Source: Rhina ancylostomus
Taxonomy: Eukaryota
NCBI GenBank assembly: GCA_030265395.1
Contig: JARFYF010000012.1
Coordinates: 20,032,621-20,096,620 of the forward strand
Direction: 5' to 3'
DNA length: 64,000 nt
Shown one piece after another: positions 1-12,989 of this stretch; within the stretch, counting starts at the first letter, position 1; each line of letters begins with the position of its first letter. Below the pieces are notes generated by a model. It saw nothing but the letters and a program-made list of their open reading frames with translations, made no database searches and had not been told where the DNA came from. A program made the position numbers and the translations under genes.

Positions 1-488
1 CTCTTGCAAATTTCTACAGATGTACAGTGGAGAGCATTCTGACTGGTTGCATCACCGCCTGGTATGGAGGCTCCAATATGTAGGATGTAAAGAGGCTGCA
101 AAGGGCTGTAGACTCAGCCAGCTCCATCATGGGCCCAACCCTCCCTGCCATTGAGGACATCTTCAAGAGGTGCCTCAGGAAGGCAGCATTAAGGACCCTC
201 ACCACCTGGGACATGCCCTCTTCACGTTACTACCATTGGGAAGAGGTACAGGAGCCTGAAGACCCACACTCAATGACTCAGGAGCAGCTTCTTCCCCTCC
301 ACCATCAGATTCCTGAACGGTTCATGAACCCACGAACACTACCTCATTACTCCTTTTTTACACTATTTATTTATTTTTGTAAATTATAGAAATTTTTACG
401 TCTTTATGTCTTGCACTGCACTGCTGCCGCATAACAACAAATTTCACGATATATGTCAGTGATAATAAACCTGATTCTGATTCTGATT
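1..488 (+). mobile_element. Rex1/Babar-type LINE, 3' fragment
   Basis: Translates to LANFYRCTVESILTGCITAWYGG...GPTLPAIEDIFKRCLRKAA, typical of the Rex1 RT C-terminus. Ends AATAAAC followed by a (GATTCT)n tail. Confidence 0.85.
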
Positions 489-809
489 AGCATTGTGGCC
501 TTCTATTAAGTACAAGACATGAGAATATATTAATTTATTATATATGCCAAAACTCAAAGTATACATGGTAAACATATTTGTCAGTATAATAAACCAACTT
601 TTACGTGCATTCTCAAGCATACCATTCAGATGAAAATTCAAGTACTTCATAGAAATCACTAATTGCTTTTACTATCAAAAGTGAGCTATTAACTTTGATT
701 GTATAATGTTGTTTTTCTCAATGTTACACAACTGAAGATCAACTTTACTTGGAGTGAGTCAAGCCATATTTTGTTCCATAAAACTTACCTGTACTTCTTC
801 TCTTTGTCA

Positions 810-908
810 GTTCTGACAAAGTGTTTTGGACTTGACACATTAACTCTGTTTATCTTTCCATAGATGCTGCCTGACCTGCTGAGTTTTTCCAGCATTTTCA
901 GGTTTCAT
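810..908 (+). repeat. Penelope-like pLTR-derived short repeat (decayed)
   Basis: GATGCTGCCTGACCTGCTGAGTTTTTCCAGCATTTT motif shared with the copies at 23409, 33640, 35814, 39480 and 48146. Confidence 0.7.
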
Positions 909-2134
909 TATGGCTTTTCCATGTTGTTTGATATCATTCCGGGAATGTGATGGGATGCTCCCCGGAGTGCTTCATCTTTGCCCTTTTGAGGCAATTTCCA
1001 CATCAGTTAAGCACAGGATTCTTTTTAGAAGCATTGTGGGGGAAATGCAACAAATTGTTCTGGAAGTTTACATTGCCGGGCACTCCCGATTCATTTAGGT
1101 TTTAATACCGTGAACAGGACATGTAAGGTAGGTCACCTACTTATGATTTGCCCAGCACCGGGCCCTGAAGCCCACCAACATCTATACTTCCTTCCCCCAA
1201 TCTGGTATCCAAACCCCGACACTCCAAATTGTGCACCACCACACCCCCAGCCCTTGCCTGCCATGCCCAGGAGGTTCAGACCCTGATCTCCTGACTCTCT
1301 AACTCAATCCTTCAAATGTTCTATTAATCCCAACCACCTGAAGGTTGACCACCTGGCTGACTCTCCAATCCTTTAAGGCTTTGAAGTCCCTCCACCAATC
1401 CACTCCCCACCTGGTCTGTCCAATTGGACCAGAATCTGACTTAATGATCCCCTGAAGACGCCAGCAAGGCCCTGATCTCAACCAGGCTCCACAAACTCTT
1501 ACCTGATTGCTGCCCTCTAATCAAATCCTTTATATAGTCCCCTCCCTCCCCTCAACTCCAGTCTCCAATCATCTTGGAGACCTCTCTTTCAACCGCTATC
1601 CATCTTGCAAATCCGCTCTCAAATCCTTTTTTACCTTGATCCTTTTTGCATAACTCTCAGCCACCTGCTGAGCCAACCACAGGCTCAACCTACATCTTCT
1701 GGCCCTCTCTTCCCTCTGAACCTTCCAGACCTGGCCTACTTTTTGGGCCCAATTAGAATCTGCACAGAGGAACACATGACTGAAATGGTGAGTAGAACCA
1801 TCCTGCACACCCTTCAGTGTACAGCTAGAATTTTCAGCTACTATGTCTGTCTATTTGAATTTCATAAAGAATGTACAATACTTTTTTATTAACTGTACTC
1901 ATAATTGTGGCATTTTAAAATTTAACTTGATATCTTAAGAACGTTTTTTTGTTGTTTTCCATTACTGAGAAATTCAACCATTTTTGCCAGTGGCCTAAGC
2001 AGGTTGCTGGCCTGCAGCAGATTGAAAAAGCCTCCGTCCTTCACATATGGCACAGGGCTAGCTTTGGCCAGAAGGACTGTGGTGCCCTCGGTCATGAGGT
2101 GGGGCAGTTCAAGTACTAGGTCCTTGCGGAGTGA

Positions 2135-2458
2135 TTCCAGTCCTTGTGACATTGCAGTGGAGAGGCAGAAGGTGAAAGACAAACTCAACGGGTCAGAGGT
2201 CAGGGTTGATGGCCTGTGGGGCAAAGTCTGGCCAAGTTAGCACTTTGCTGAGTGATTGGTCATGAACATCTTAACTCTTCGTTTCTATTGTCTAGCTACA
2301 AAATAGATTTTGAAATACTTAAATTAAGCACATTTTTAGAAGCAATTAGTTTTATAGTTTTTGAGTTTGCCTTTTCAAATGCATAATAGTTGTAACTTTA
2401 TTTATTTTCTAGAAAATCATTAGGTTTTGTTTTTAAGGCATATCTATAGAGTAATATA
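2135..2458. repeat. Diverged local duplication, copy 1 (copy 2 at about 3934-4251)
   Basis: GAAAGACAAACTCA..GGGTCAGAGGTCAGGGTT..AAAGTCTGGCCA..AGCACTTTGCTGAG and the downstream AT-rich sequence align between the two copies. Confidence 0.85.
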
Positions 2459-2743
2459 AATTACTATTCTACACATTTTTTTTGCCTTATTACGTGAGTT
2501 ATCTTTAAAGGGACCTTGTAGAGCTTTGAAGTTACTTTAAATTGTGATCAAAATGAGCATGTTCATTAAAATTAAAATAAATTTATTTTAAAAAGTATGA
2601 AGCATTATATATTTTTAGAGTGTGGCTACTTCTTTGCATCATAAGCATTAGCACAAATTGAAGGGAGTTTCTAAAAATTCACAGCTGTAATGGACCCAGT
2701 GCTCCCATCTCTTTCCAAAATATATTCCCTCTAAATTCCACAG

Positions 2744-2963
2744 CAGGTCATCCCCAGGTTACAGCAGGGTTCTGTTCCTGAGAACTGTTCGTAATCTGGA
2801 CAGTTCTCAAGTCAGAAATGCGGCCACGAAGCAAGTTCCCCTGTGACAGAAGATGCCTGTTGCCCCATAGCAGCCGGCAAGACCGTACTGCCAGTTGGCC
2901 AAACGCTCATTCATATGTACGGGCTGTATGTAAGTCAGGTGTTTGTAACCTAGGAAGGACCTG
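2744..2963. mobile_element. Non-autonomous pogo/Tigger-like MITE
   Basis: Left TIR CAGGTCATCCCCAGGTTACA; right end TGTAACCTAGGAAGGACCTG followed by TA. A similar right end lies at about 50795-50839. Confidence 0.7.
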
Positions 2964-3933
2964 TAATGAGCAGCAATGTTAATCACAGTTACAAATCCAT
3001 GGCAATGAGAGCATGCTCAGCTCTTTACTCCTGTTGGCTTTTGGAGGCACACAGGTGTCCATACTGTAATGGGGCCAAGGTGTGCATGTGTGTCCACAAC
3101 TTCACATCAGACAATTTCTGTGAACTATTTTTGGGTGGGTAGGGGGGAACTGTGCCCCTTGTATGCCACCATTGACCCAAAATATTGTGTGCTTCTTTAC
3201 ATAACAAAGTAAGCGGCAAACCTGCTACAACACCTTTGATCCAAATTATAAATTTGATATAATTCTGCTACCAGCTGTGACCTTTATAAAAGAGAGTCAT
3301 GTGTTCCATATTGCAACCCCTCTAAGCACTTTAGATCCAAAGTATAACTATTGATGAGGAGAAACATTGCAAGCATTTCATAATAACTTGGCCTCACTGT
3401 ACAACAGCCCGCTAACCCACCTTGTCTAAATTGGTACACGTGGTGATAAATTAGGAGCACATGGTGCCTTGTTCTGGTTGTTAAGTACATCCCAATCTGG
3501 CAGATGGGATGTACTTAACATCCAGAACAAGGTACCAATCTCCACACAGGTGTTCTTATTCACAAGTGCTCCTTTATCAAGAGATCCTGGATAGACACTA
3601 GGGCTCTGCTGCCTGTTCAAAGACATCCTCAGGAAATTACTTGTCAAAGAATGCACCTGGCAGCCCCATTCACTGGTTCCAGTGGCCACTAGCAAAAAGT
3701 AATTTTGGAAAAAATCTTGTGCAGCTAGGACTTGGAGCGCTCNNNNNNNNNNAGCCTTGCTCTTCACCCTGCAACAGAGAACAGTCAGCACTTCTGCCTC
3801 AGGAACTTGCTTGAAGCAGTAGCTCAAAAGGGAGAATAGCATTTAGTGATCATGACCAGAGTTCGTCCCTTTAACTTGTTAATTTCCTTTCTTTTTGCAT
3901 ACTGTTGTTGGCTACAACATCTCCAGCAGCAGC

Positions 3934-4251
3934 TCTGGTCCTTGTGGCATTGTAGCGGATGGCCAGAAGGCGAAAGACAAACTCATTGGGTCAGAGGTCA
4001 GGGTTCATGGCCTCCAGGGTAAAGTCTGGCCATGTCAGCACTTTGCTGAGAGGTTGGACCCAACCATCTTAACTCCTCATTTCTATTGTGTTGCAATAAA
4101 ATTGAAATTGAAATGCTTATTTTAAGAAGCAATGAGTTTTATTACTGTATATGATTTTGCCAACACTTTGCAAATGCACAATTATTGCAAATTTATTTAC
4201 TTTCTAGACATCCATTTAGTATTGTTTTTAATTCATGTTTATCGAATAATA
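3934..4251. repeat. Diverged local duplication, copy 2
   Basis: Aligns with 2135-2458. The ORF track gives parallel peptides QKVKDKLNGSEVRVDGLWGKVWP and QKAKDKLIGSEVRVHGLQGKVWP. Confidence 0.85.
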
Positions 4252-4294
4252 TCACAGATGTACCGGTTTGATGCCTTAGTGGAAGACACTTTTC

Positions 4295-5620
4295 CCCTTA
4301 TTTGGCCTTTATCCCTCTAAGCCTTGCCTATCCATGTACTTGTCCAAATGTTTTTTTAAAAGTTGTAATTGTACCCACCTCCACTATCTCCTCTGGCTGC
4401 TCGTTCCTTATACCCACCACCCTCTGTGTGAACATATGCCTTTCAGGCCCCCCTTAAATTTTCCCCTCTTACCTTAAACCTGTGCTTCTAGTTTTAGACT
4501 CCCCGAGGAAAATGACTGTGACCACTCAACTTATCCATGACCTTCGTAAGTTTATAAAGCTCCATAAAGTCACTCTTCAGCCTCCTTCGCTCCAGGGAAA
4601 ACAGTCCCAGCCTGTCCAGATTCTCCTTATAACTCAATCCTTCCAGTCCTGGCAACATCCTTTTGAATTATTTCTGCACCCCCTCTAGTTTAATCACATC
4701 CTTCCTGGGCAACCAGAACTACTCCCAATATTCCAGGTGCAGTCTCACCAACATCTTGTGCAGCTGTACCATAACATCCCAACTCTGGCACTCAATGCCC
4801 CATCCGATGAAGGCAAGTGTGTCATAAGCCTTCTCCACCTTGTCTACCTGTGTCACCACTTTCAGGGAACTATGTACTTGTACCTCTGCTATACTCCCCA
4901 GCGCACTGCCCAAAATGCATCACTTTGCACTTGTTCAAGTTAAATTCCATCTGCCATTCCTTGGCCCACTTTCCCAGTTGACCTAGATCCCGTGGTCTTA
5001 GCCTGTTCACCGCAATGCCAATTTTGGTGCCACCCACATTATCATCCAAATCATTAATGTATATGTGACAAAAACAGGGGACCCGGCACCGATCCCTGTG
5101 GCACGCCACTGGTCACAGGCCTGCAACCTGAAAAACTCTCCACTATCAACCTCTGTTTCCTTCCACCAAGCCAATTTTGTATCTGATTAACTTGTTCACC
5201 CTGGATCCTATGCGATCTAACCTTCCAGACCAACCTACAATGTGGGACCTTGCCAAAGGTCTTGCTAAAGTCTATGGAGATAACACCTGCCACTCTGACC
5301 TTGTCAGTCTTCTTGGTCACCTCTTCAAAAACTCAACCAACTTCGTGAGCCATGATTTCCTATGCTCAAAGTCGTGCTGAGTATCCCTAATCAGTCTGTG
5401 CCTTTCCAAATGGAGTTTCTCAGAATTCCCACAAGTAGCTTTCACACTGCTGATAATTGGCTCACCAGCCTGTCATTCCCTGGCTTGTCCTTGAAGCCCT
5501 TTTTAAATAAAGGCATAACATTAGCCACCCTCCAGTCTTCCAGCACCACACCCAAGGCTAAGGAAGATACAAAAATCTCTGCTCGGGACCCTGCAATTTT
5601 CTTCCGTTGCTTCCCACATT
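4295..5620 (-). mobile_element. CR1 LINE, 5'-truncated, decayed ORF2 (RT)
   Basis: Fragments DWRVANVMPLFKKG, IDFSKTFGKVPH, SGVPQGSVPGPLF, IYINDLDD, WQMEFNLNKCKVMHFG, with frameshifts. Confidence 0.92.
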
Positions 5621-7434
5621 TGAGGATGCTCTTGCTCGATATAAATCTGTGCTTTTGAATCTTCAAATATTGTTGGATATTTAAGCAAGTCATACAGCTG
5701 ATGAAGCTGTAGAGCATTAACAATAATCTTATATTTCATAGTTGGATCAGAGTGTATTGCTGTGATGCTTATGTTCGCGGATCTCATAATGAAGTATCAT
5801 GTGATCTATAGTGAGCTTCTCATGACAAGAGTAGCACACTGAAGGCATTTTCATTTTCCATTTGTGCATTTAGCTTAGTCTGTGCAGGTGAGCGTCAGAG
5901 ATGCTCATAATCCACATGGAAGATCAAAGTCTAGAACCAGAAAAAATGTACAATACCATGGATGTGATATACAGATTTAAGGTATGATTCACCTGAAACA
6001 ATGTTAATACTGGATGTTAAAAGAAAAAGTGAACATATAATACATTTTATTCTCCTTGTACTTCTAATAATGGGAAGGGACGACAGAGCCCACCAGTAGT
6101 TGCATCTACTTGTCTGACCCATGATATTTATTAGGCACCTATTTAACCCCCAATGTTTTTCTTAGATTTTTCTGATAATGGTTTCTAATTACTTTTCATA
6201 TTTTTGTGTCTGATCTTACCTTCATTAAGAAATAATTTGTGGTTTACTTTTCCTTCTCCAGATCACATTGTCTATTCTTTGATTAGGTTCATCTTAACTA
6301 TTTTTTTGCCAAATGTAATTGTTTTTACGTTACGTACTTTTAAATGTCTACTTTCTGCAGCCTTTCTGTGGAAACATAGATATGGTCTTAAAACAGTACA
6401 ATGTCCAATTGTCAGAAATGGCTATTATGCAAATAGCACACATCAGGTGTTAGTTCCAGTATCACCAATCTTTCCTTGTGATTTACCTCTGCTGTGAAGA
6501 TTAAAAAAGTGGCTCTAAGATCTATTTATGGTACGATTAATAGCTGGACTGTGTAAAATGTACTGGTACCAGGATGAAAGAAATGAATGGGAAACAAATG
6601 GAGAAGTACTGTTTAATGCAAATGATACACTTGTGTTGTTGCATCCAGCCAGAGGACATACTGTACTGGTTTCCATTTGCTTTTTATGCAATATAAATAA
6701 TAAAGCCTTAAAAGTAAGAATAGAATAATTCTGTCCATTACAGGCCCCACATTGTACATTAATTGATGTGGAAAAGGTAATGCCAAACACCTGCTATTAA
6801 TTCAGTGTAGCATTTCCAATTATAATGGCTAAGGTGCATTTTACATCCAAGAGACCATTTGGTACCTAGTGCTAATAGTCCAAGAAAAAAACATTACCAT
6901 GGAAAAGACGATTTAATCAGCAATTTTAAGATTTCAAGAGGGAAACAAAAATCAAATGAAATGGTGACTGTATTCCTTATTTCCCTTTAAAGTGCATTAT
7001 TGGAAGCTTGATTGGGTTGATTCATTTTCTGTTTTTCCTGCATCTGTTTTCCAGAAGCCATTGTCCCCTCATGCTATCTCATACTTATTGTTCTTAATAA
7101 CCAATAACATCCTTTCCTGTGCAGCCTCTGACTCACCCACAGTCATTTTTTACTACAATTGTAGGAGTGATACAATTGCATGTAGAACAGANNNNNNNNN
7201 NNNNNNNNNNNNNNNNNNNNNNNNNNNNNNNNNNNNNNNNNNNNNNNNNNNNNNNNNNNNNNNNNNNNNNNNNNNNNNNNNNNNNNNNNNNNNNNNNNNN
7301 NNNNNNNAACTGTTCTGTGCAGACTTTCCAGATTCTGTGAACAATGTTCTCCTCTTCAAAAAAAAATCAATGAAGTATGTCAAGTTAAAAACTACAAGTG
7401 ATTATTATCAACAAAAGCATAACAAATAGAAGTA

Positions 7435-7521
7435 CAGTTTTGCATATATCTGCTAATGGCAATAGCTATAAAATAATTTCATATTTATAGCTATTGCCAT
7501 TAGCAGATATCTGCAAAACTG
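7435..7521. repeat. Near-perfect inverted repeat (38-bp arms, 1 mismatch, 11-nt spacer)
   Basis: CAGTTTTGCATATATCTGCTAATGGCAATAGCTATAAA (7435-7472) is the reverse complement of 7484-7521 except at 7445/7511. Confidence 0.95.
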
Positions 7522-9839
7522 CAGAAAGTATTTATGTAAGTATTTAAAAAAGTATTTATAATCAATGAAACAACATTTCTGAGCTTTACGGTATTATCAG
7601 AGTTCCTTATCTCTCAAGCTTGCGATTCTTCAAATAAATACTATTCAAGAAGTACCTCACACTTTCTCTTGTAAAACGCAACTAGGATCCCAGGCAGGTT
7701 TTAAATATTAAAACAAACCTTGCTCTGTGTGTACAGTATGAGTTCAGTGTTGTGCATTTTGTGTCACTGATTAAGCATATTAGTTTTAGGTAGGAATTTA
7801 CGTATTGAAATTTAACAAGCCAACTAGATAATGTACAGGTAGTACTTCATAGGTAGAAGCCATTACTGGGTACTCACACCTTATTTTCCAGCACCTCGTG
7901 TTGGTGTTTCTGTTATTTCTAATTTATAACCTCAAGGTAACAATAGGGCCACACATTGATCATTCACTTTGCAACAGGATCTATCACAAATATTGACTGG
8001 AAAAATATGAAGTGACTTTCTGACAAAACTTCCAAACTATCACTAAACATCCACTTATCCTTTTTCTGGTCACTAAAATAACAAAGAAATATTGCACTGA
8101 ATCATGCTAAGTTTTGTCCGCTGCCAAGACTTGTATTTTTATAGTGCCACGTTCATGGTAACCTTGTGTGGATCCATGGGTCCTGATATTCTGGGCCTGC
8201 TGATCTCGGAGTCAGGCAGTGAGGCCGCAGCTGTGGCCCCACCTCCAGATCAGCCTGGCAGCGGGGGAACCTGACTTTGCAATCCTACGCCAGCCAGACC
8301 TGGCAGTTGGCCTGCAAGCACCACCTGTGTTTTTAAATCCCTCTGATATAAAGAGAAATGTATAAACTATTAAAACTGCTCTAAATAAACAAAAGAACTT
8401 TTAAAAAAAATTAAGAGACTAGTAAATAACAAAAAAATATTTAAAACCAAGTAAAATAATTGAATTTGCCTTTTACATCCTGGTTTCCATATCACTATTC
8501 AAATTCCCCAGCATAATACTGGGGAGTCCCAGTACAATTGGGTTCTGCTGCTGAACTCCATATAAAGCACAGGGTGTTCATACAGAGGTACTCTTTGGAA
8601 CCACCAGTCGCAGCCAGCTTGATTTAGTCCATTGATGTAAAACTATAATTTCATCAAACAAATAAACCTAATTCTCCAGCTACTGATGCACCGCTCTTTA
8701 CTCAGGACAATGCAAGTTTATTATTAAGCATTAAAAACCCAGAAGCTATTTTTATTAATAGCATTTGCATAACTTGATGACAACATCTTTAATTATTTGG
8801 AATTCAATAAGGAATGGTCAATAGGAGAAGTTGAGACAAGGATGGTTGCGGTTTAATAATAAACCGTACTGTATGGGAATAAAGGAGTCAGTTAAACAAA
8901 AATTGTACTCATTAATAATTTACCTAGTGATACAAAAATAATTGCAAAATTACAGACAAGTAGCACACACTTCCTTACACAATACATTAGTGAAAGTGCA
9001 CTCAAAATGACGTAATTTGCATGATATCCTATGTACAAAAATGGGATCCTACTCTAAAAATCTATAAAGTGCAAGTACTTGAAGAATACATTACAAAAGA
9101 ACAACGAATGATAATGGCCTTTTAATGACTGCTGACCATGAAATCTACTATTTCAAAATCAATGTCTAGCATCTAATGAAAAGCTTGGTTCTTCTGATTT
9201 ATTCAAATTCCATCAATTCATGGGGACGAAACAAAGAAAACTTGACTTAACCAGCATTGTGGTGTAATCGTGCAGTGTCAAGTAGTCAGAGGGTAACATA
9301 TAGATATTTGTTTTTATTTATTTGAGAAGAGCACAGCTTAACTTTGAATCAAATTTGAATAAAATATGCCTGCTGTGGAAGAAAAACCACATCAAGGTCT
9401 CTGACATGAAAATTATGTTTTATTAACTAAGGGATGATTGTATTCAGACATTAATTATGATAAATAAAGCAGTCCAACAAACAAAGTGGCAAGTTTGGTT
9501 CTCCCAGTTTGAACGTATGTTCAAATTGGATGAATAACATTTAAGCAACATGTAATACAAATCAAAGGACGAATGTTGCATCAGCCTTTATTATTACTAC
9601 TGATGGACTTCAAGTTTGTGAGAGCCTAAAGAGTCGTGTAATTAGTTCTTCCTCTTGCACATAATTCTGTTGAATCCAAGCTTATTAAGCGTTCATGTGG
9701 AGTATAAAGGAAGATCTTTAAGTCTAACATTTCTGAGTACATACTGACAGTTAGGAACCTTGCCTGTTGCTAATGATATTATAAAAGCTCACTGATTCAG
9801 TCCATTGAAAATATCACGGCATCAGCTTAACTCCTTTGG

Positions 9840-10190
9840 CGTCAGATTCAACTCAAGTAACAAGTTTAGGCTCTGTTGTAGGACTTGAGAACATAATCTG
9901 GCTGTCATGTTCTGTGAAGTTCTGAGGAAAAATCACATTGTTGGCAGGACAATCTTCTGAATGAGATTTTAAGGTGAGGCCAACCTTCCCGTTCAGGTAA
10001 GATATCCTACTGCAATTCTGAACAATTAACAGATCCTAGAAATGAAATACCCCTCAATCAACACTGTCCAAATCATTGGAGTTATTTACAAGTTGTAGGA
10101 TTTAATGTACAACAATGGCTGGGAACTTTACTTCCAATACACAAAGTAATGGTGCGGATCACACGGAATTGATCATCGGCTGTTCCAGTG
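9840..10190 (+). mobile_element. DeuSINE (SacSINE1-like) remnant
   Basis: TTGAGAACATAATCTGGCTG..CTGAGG..ACATTGTTGG..TGAGATTTTAAGGTGAGGCC..TCAGGT resembles the Deu core. Confidence 0.55.
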
Positions 10191-10199
10191 AGAAGAAAC

Positions 10200-10900
10200 A
10201 GCTATCAACTGTTCATTGCTTAGGACGGCTGGGTAAACACAAGGAATGGTGAAAATCTGAGACATATTGGACATGAAGTGCTGGCACATTTGATTGTCTG
10301 CATTACCTCAACAGTGCAGAATGAAACCACAAAACACATCCCTGCATAACCATTTGAGAAAGTCCACACCAATCTTTGCCATGAAGGCAATGATAGCTTT
10401 CTAGTCATTATTGATGTTCATCTTAAATGGATTACTGTTCAACTGGTGAGGCAACAGCACCAAAGACATCTCTACAAATATGGAGGGGGCTGACACAACT
10501 GCTTCAGAGAATCCATGTTTGCCAGGTGTGGAGGGTCAGTCATTCAGACCTTCACATCTGGAAAATAAAAATGCAGTTGGGCAGTGAGTTCAGGCACCTG
10601 GCCAGGTCCACAATGATCTGGCTCATTATATTACACTCCAAGAAAGGCCTGTGGAAGGCTTTGGATGGCACCAACAATGTAACAAGATTGTATATCAACA
10701 TATACTCCCTCTGCAGGAGACCCAGGTCTTCTGAAAAAAAAACTTTAGCTAAAATGTAATATGTCAGTTGTCTGCTATTTGCAGTAAATTAGGGAGCAAC
10801 TGATTATGTAACATTAAATCATTACTACAAGTATCAGAGAAAATGGTGATGAACCAACTCGTGCCGAAGGTTCTGTGGAACCAGAACGCCCGATCTGTAA
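10200..10900 (+). mobile_element. Gypsy LTR retrotransposon integrase remnant
   Basis: 10350-10436 translates PFEKVHTNLCHEGNDSFLVIIDVHLKWI, matching the Gypsy integrase motif PWxRVHxD...FLVVIDAHSKW. Confidence 0.6.
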
Positions 10901-11026
10901 ATTTCTTTNNNNNNNNNNCTTTCCATGATATCTACACAGTGTAGTTTCTACTAGTACTTGTGTTTTATTATTCCTGCAGGGAACAGAATTTTGTGCTTTA
11001 AGTTATTGTGTTGTTTTGGGAGGAGG

Positions 11027-11163
11027 TGTAAGTACAACTATTGTAGATCTGGATTGTAGCACATTAAATAAACTATGGGAGACACTGGGAGCTTCAGAAC
11101 ATGCACTTCATTGAAAAATAACAACCAGGTTTCTTGTGGTGTTGCATCACAAATATCATTACA
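11027..11163 (+). mobile_element. Putative 3' LTR of the Gypsy remnant
   Basis: Purine tract GGGAGGAGG immediately precedes TGTAA; the segment ends TTACA and lies downstream of the integrase remnant. Confidence 0.4.
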
Positions 11164-11899
11164 TCATGTGCACATGGCTCACCTACATATAAATATGCCA
11201 CATTGCATTCCTTCTTTGAAAGACTGTTGTACATGTGTGTGATAATCATAGGTTAGCTCAGTTCATAGGCTTCCTCAGACAATTGGATCTTCTTACCTGT
11301 GTTTGGATTTCTGGTATTGTAGTTATCCCTGATCTGAAAAATGGGTGAGCTTCTGATTAAATTCACTGTTGACTTGCATCACCTTTTCAGTGATTGGTTC
11401 TGGAATGAAATTTTCATTTCTTACTTCTCCACAAGGTTATGTGACCATTTGGGCAGCAATGTAGACATTTCTGATATTTACTGCAATTCAAACAAGATGT
11501 TGTTTAGTCCTGGAGACTTACACTTTCTCATGAATACTCCACTTCTATATATTGTACTTCTTTGTCATTCTTAGTGTCCTCACACTCTTGTGTCANNNNN
11601 NNNNNNNNNNNNNNNNNNNNNNNNNNNNNNNNNNNNNNNNNNNNNNNNNNNNNNNNNNNNNNNNNNNNNNNNNNNNNNNNNNNNNNNNNNNNNNNNNNNN
11701 NNNNTAAACTCAAGCACTCTTAGAGTCTGTGAACAATTACCCACTCTTCTGAGATATATCCTGTGGTGGAATATGCAGTTATACAATACTTGAATAGAAA
11801 ATTATTTGTACGATAACTTATGGCTAGACTCCAACATTCTTGGAAGGTTCTTTCTTGAAAGCTTCCTTGAGAATAAGTACTTCAGCTGCACCGTTAGAG

Positions 11900-12195
11900 C
11901 ATAAGATATCTTTAATAGTTACACGTATGTCAAAACACACAGCGAAATACATCTTTTGCGTAGTGTTCTGGGGGGCAGCCTGCAAGTGTAACCACACTTC
12001 TGGTGCCAACATAGCATGCCCACAATTTCCTAACCCACATGTCTTTGGAATGTGGGAGGAAACCGGAACACCTGGAGGAAACCCACGCAGACACAGGAAG
12101 AACATACAAACTCCTTACAGAGAGTGGCCAGAATTGAATCCGGGTTGTTGCCGCCGTAATAGCGTTATGCTAATCGCTACCCTATCATGTCTGCC
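11900..12195 (-). mobile_element. tRNA-derived V-SINE with non-CR1 (Rex1-like) tail
   Basis: Minus strand shows a head with B-box-like GGATTCAATTC, V core GTCTGCGTGGGTTTCCTCCAGGTGTTCCGGTTTCCTCCCACATTCCAAAGAC, and tail GTGTAACTATTAAAGATATCTTATG. Confidence 0.85.
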
Positions 12196-12324
12196 TTGGA
12201 ACTTAATATAAATTTGATGTTATTCCTCCTCATATAATTTTCAAGCAGATCGGACCTGATTTGAAATCTGTTATCTGACACCAGGTAAACCATGATTTGC
12301 AGAAATCTATCCCATTACCTTTTA

Positions 12325-12572
12325 ATTTAAAAAAAAATTATTTACAGTGTGGTAACAGGCCCTTTCAGCCCAATGAGTCCATGCCACCCAATTTAAACCC
12401 ATGTTAACTTACCCGTACGTCTTTGGAATGTGGGAGGAAACCAGAGCACCTGGAGGAAACCCACGCAGACACAGGAGAATGACCAAACTCCTTACAGACA
12501 GCAAAGGGAATCGAACCCCGATTGCTGGCGTTGTAATAGTGTCGCGCTAACCGCTAGCTACCATGCTGCCCT
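12325..12572 (-). mobile_element. tRNA-derived V-SINE with CR1-type tail
   Basis: Same head and V core with B box GGTTCGATTCC. Tail GGGCTGAAAGGGCCTGTTACCACACTGTA resembles the CR1 3' ends in this window. Confidence 0.85.
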
Positions 12573-12989
12573 TGATTGTGTGTGCGATTGTTTAGGATCC
12601 CCCAAGCCAAATTTCAATCTGTTTAAAATGAGTGCCAATAAAGATGAGAAAGTTAAACTCCCAGGCAAGAGTTGATATGGACTCTCTAAAATGGTCATGT
12701 CAGCAACCACCCCCCCCCACCACCCCACCCATATTTCTTTCTGAGGAAGAAAAATTTGTTCCTTATAATTGCAAGATCTGAGAATGTACTTGTGGCAGAA
12801 GAATATCGTCTTGTGTTTGTGCTGGCCCAATGATTTCTGCAGTCATTAGCCACTAATGGTGGAGTACAAACCATGTTCTCACTCCCATCACTAGAGTGCT
12901 CTTGTGGCCTGGATTAAGCAGACACAATTGCATTTTGTTTGGAATTGGGATTGAGTTTAAAATATCATATGTGTAATCATGTTTCCAGT

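Noticed and set aside
6528-6728. 66-aa ORF (WYQDERNEWETNGEVLF...)
   Set aside because: Short and AT-rich, with no supporting gene structure or recognisable motif.
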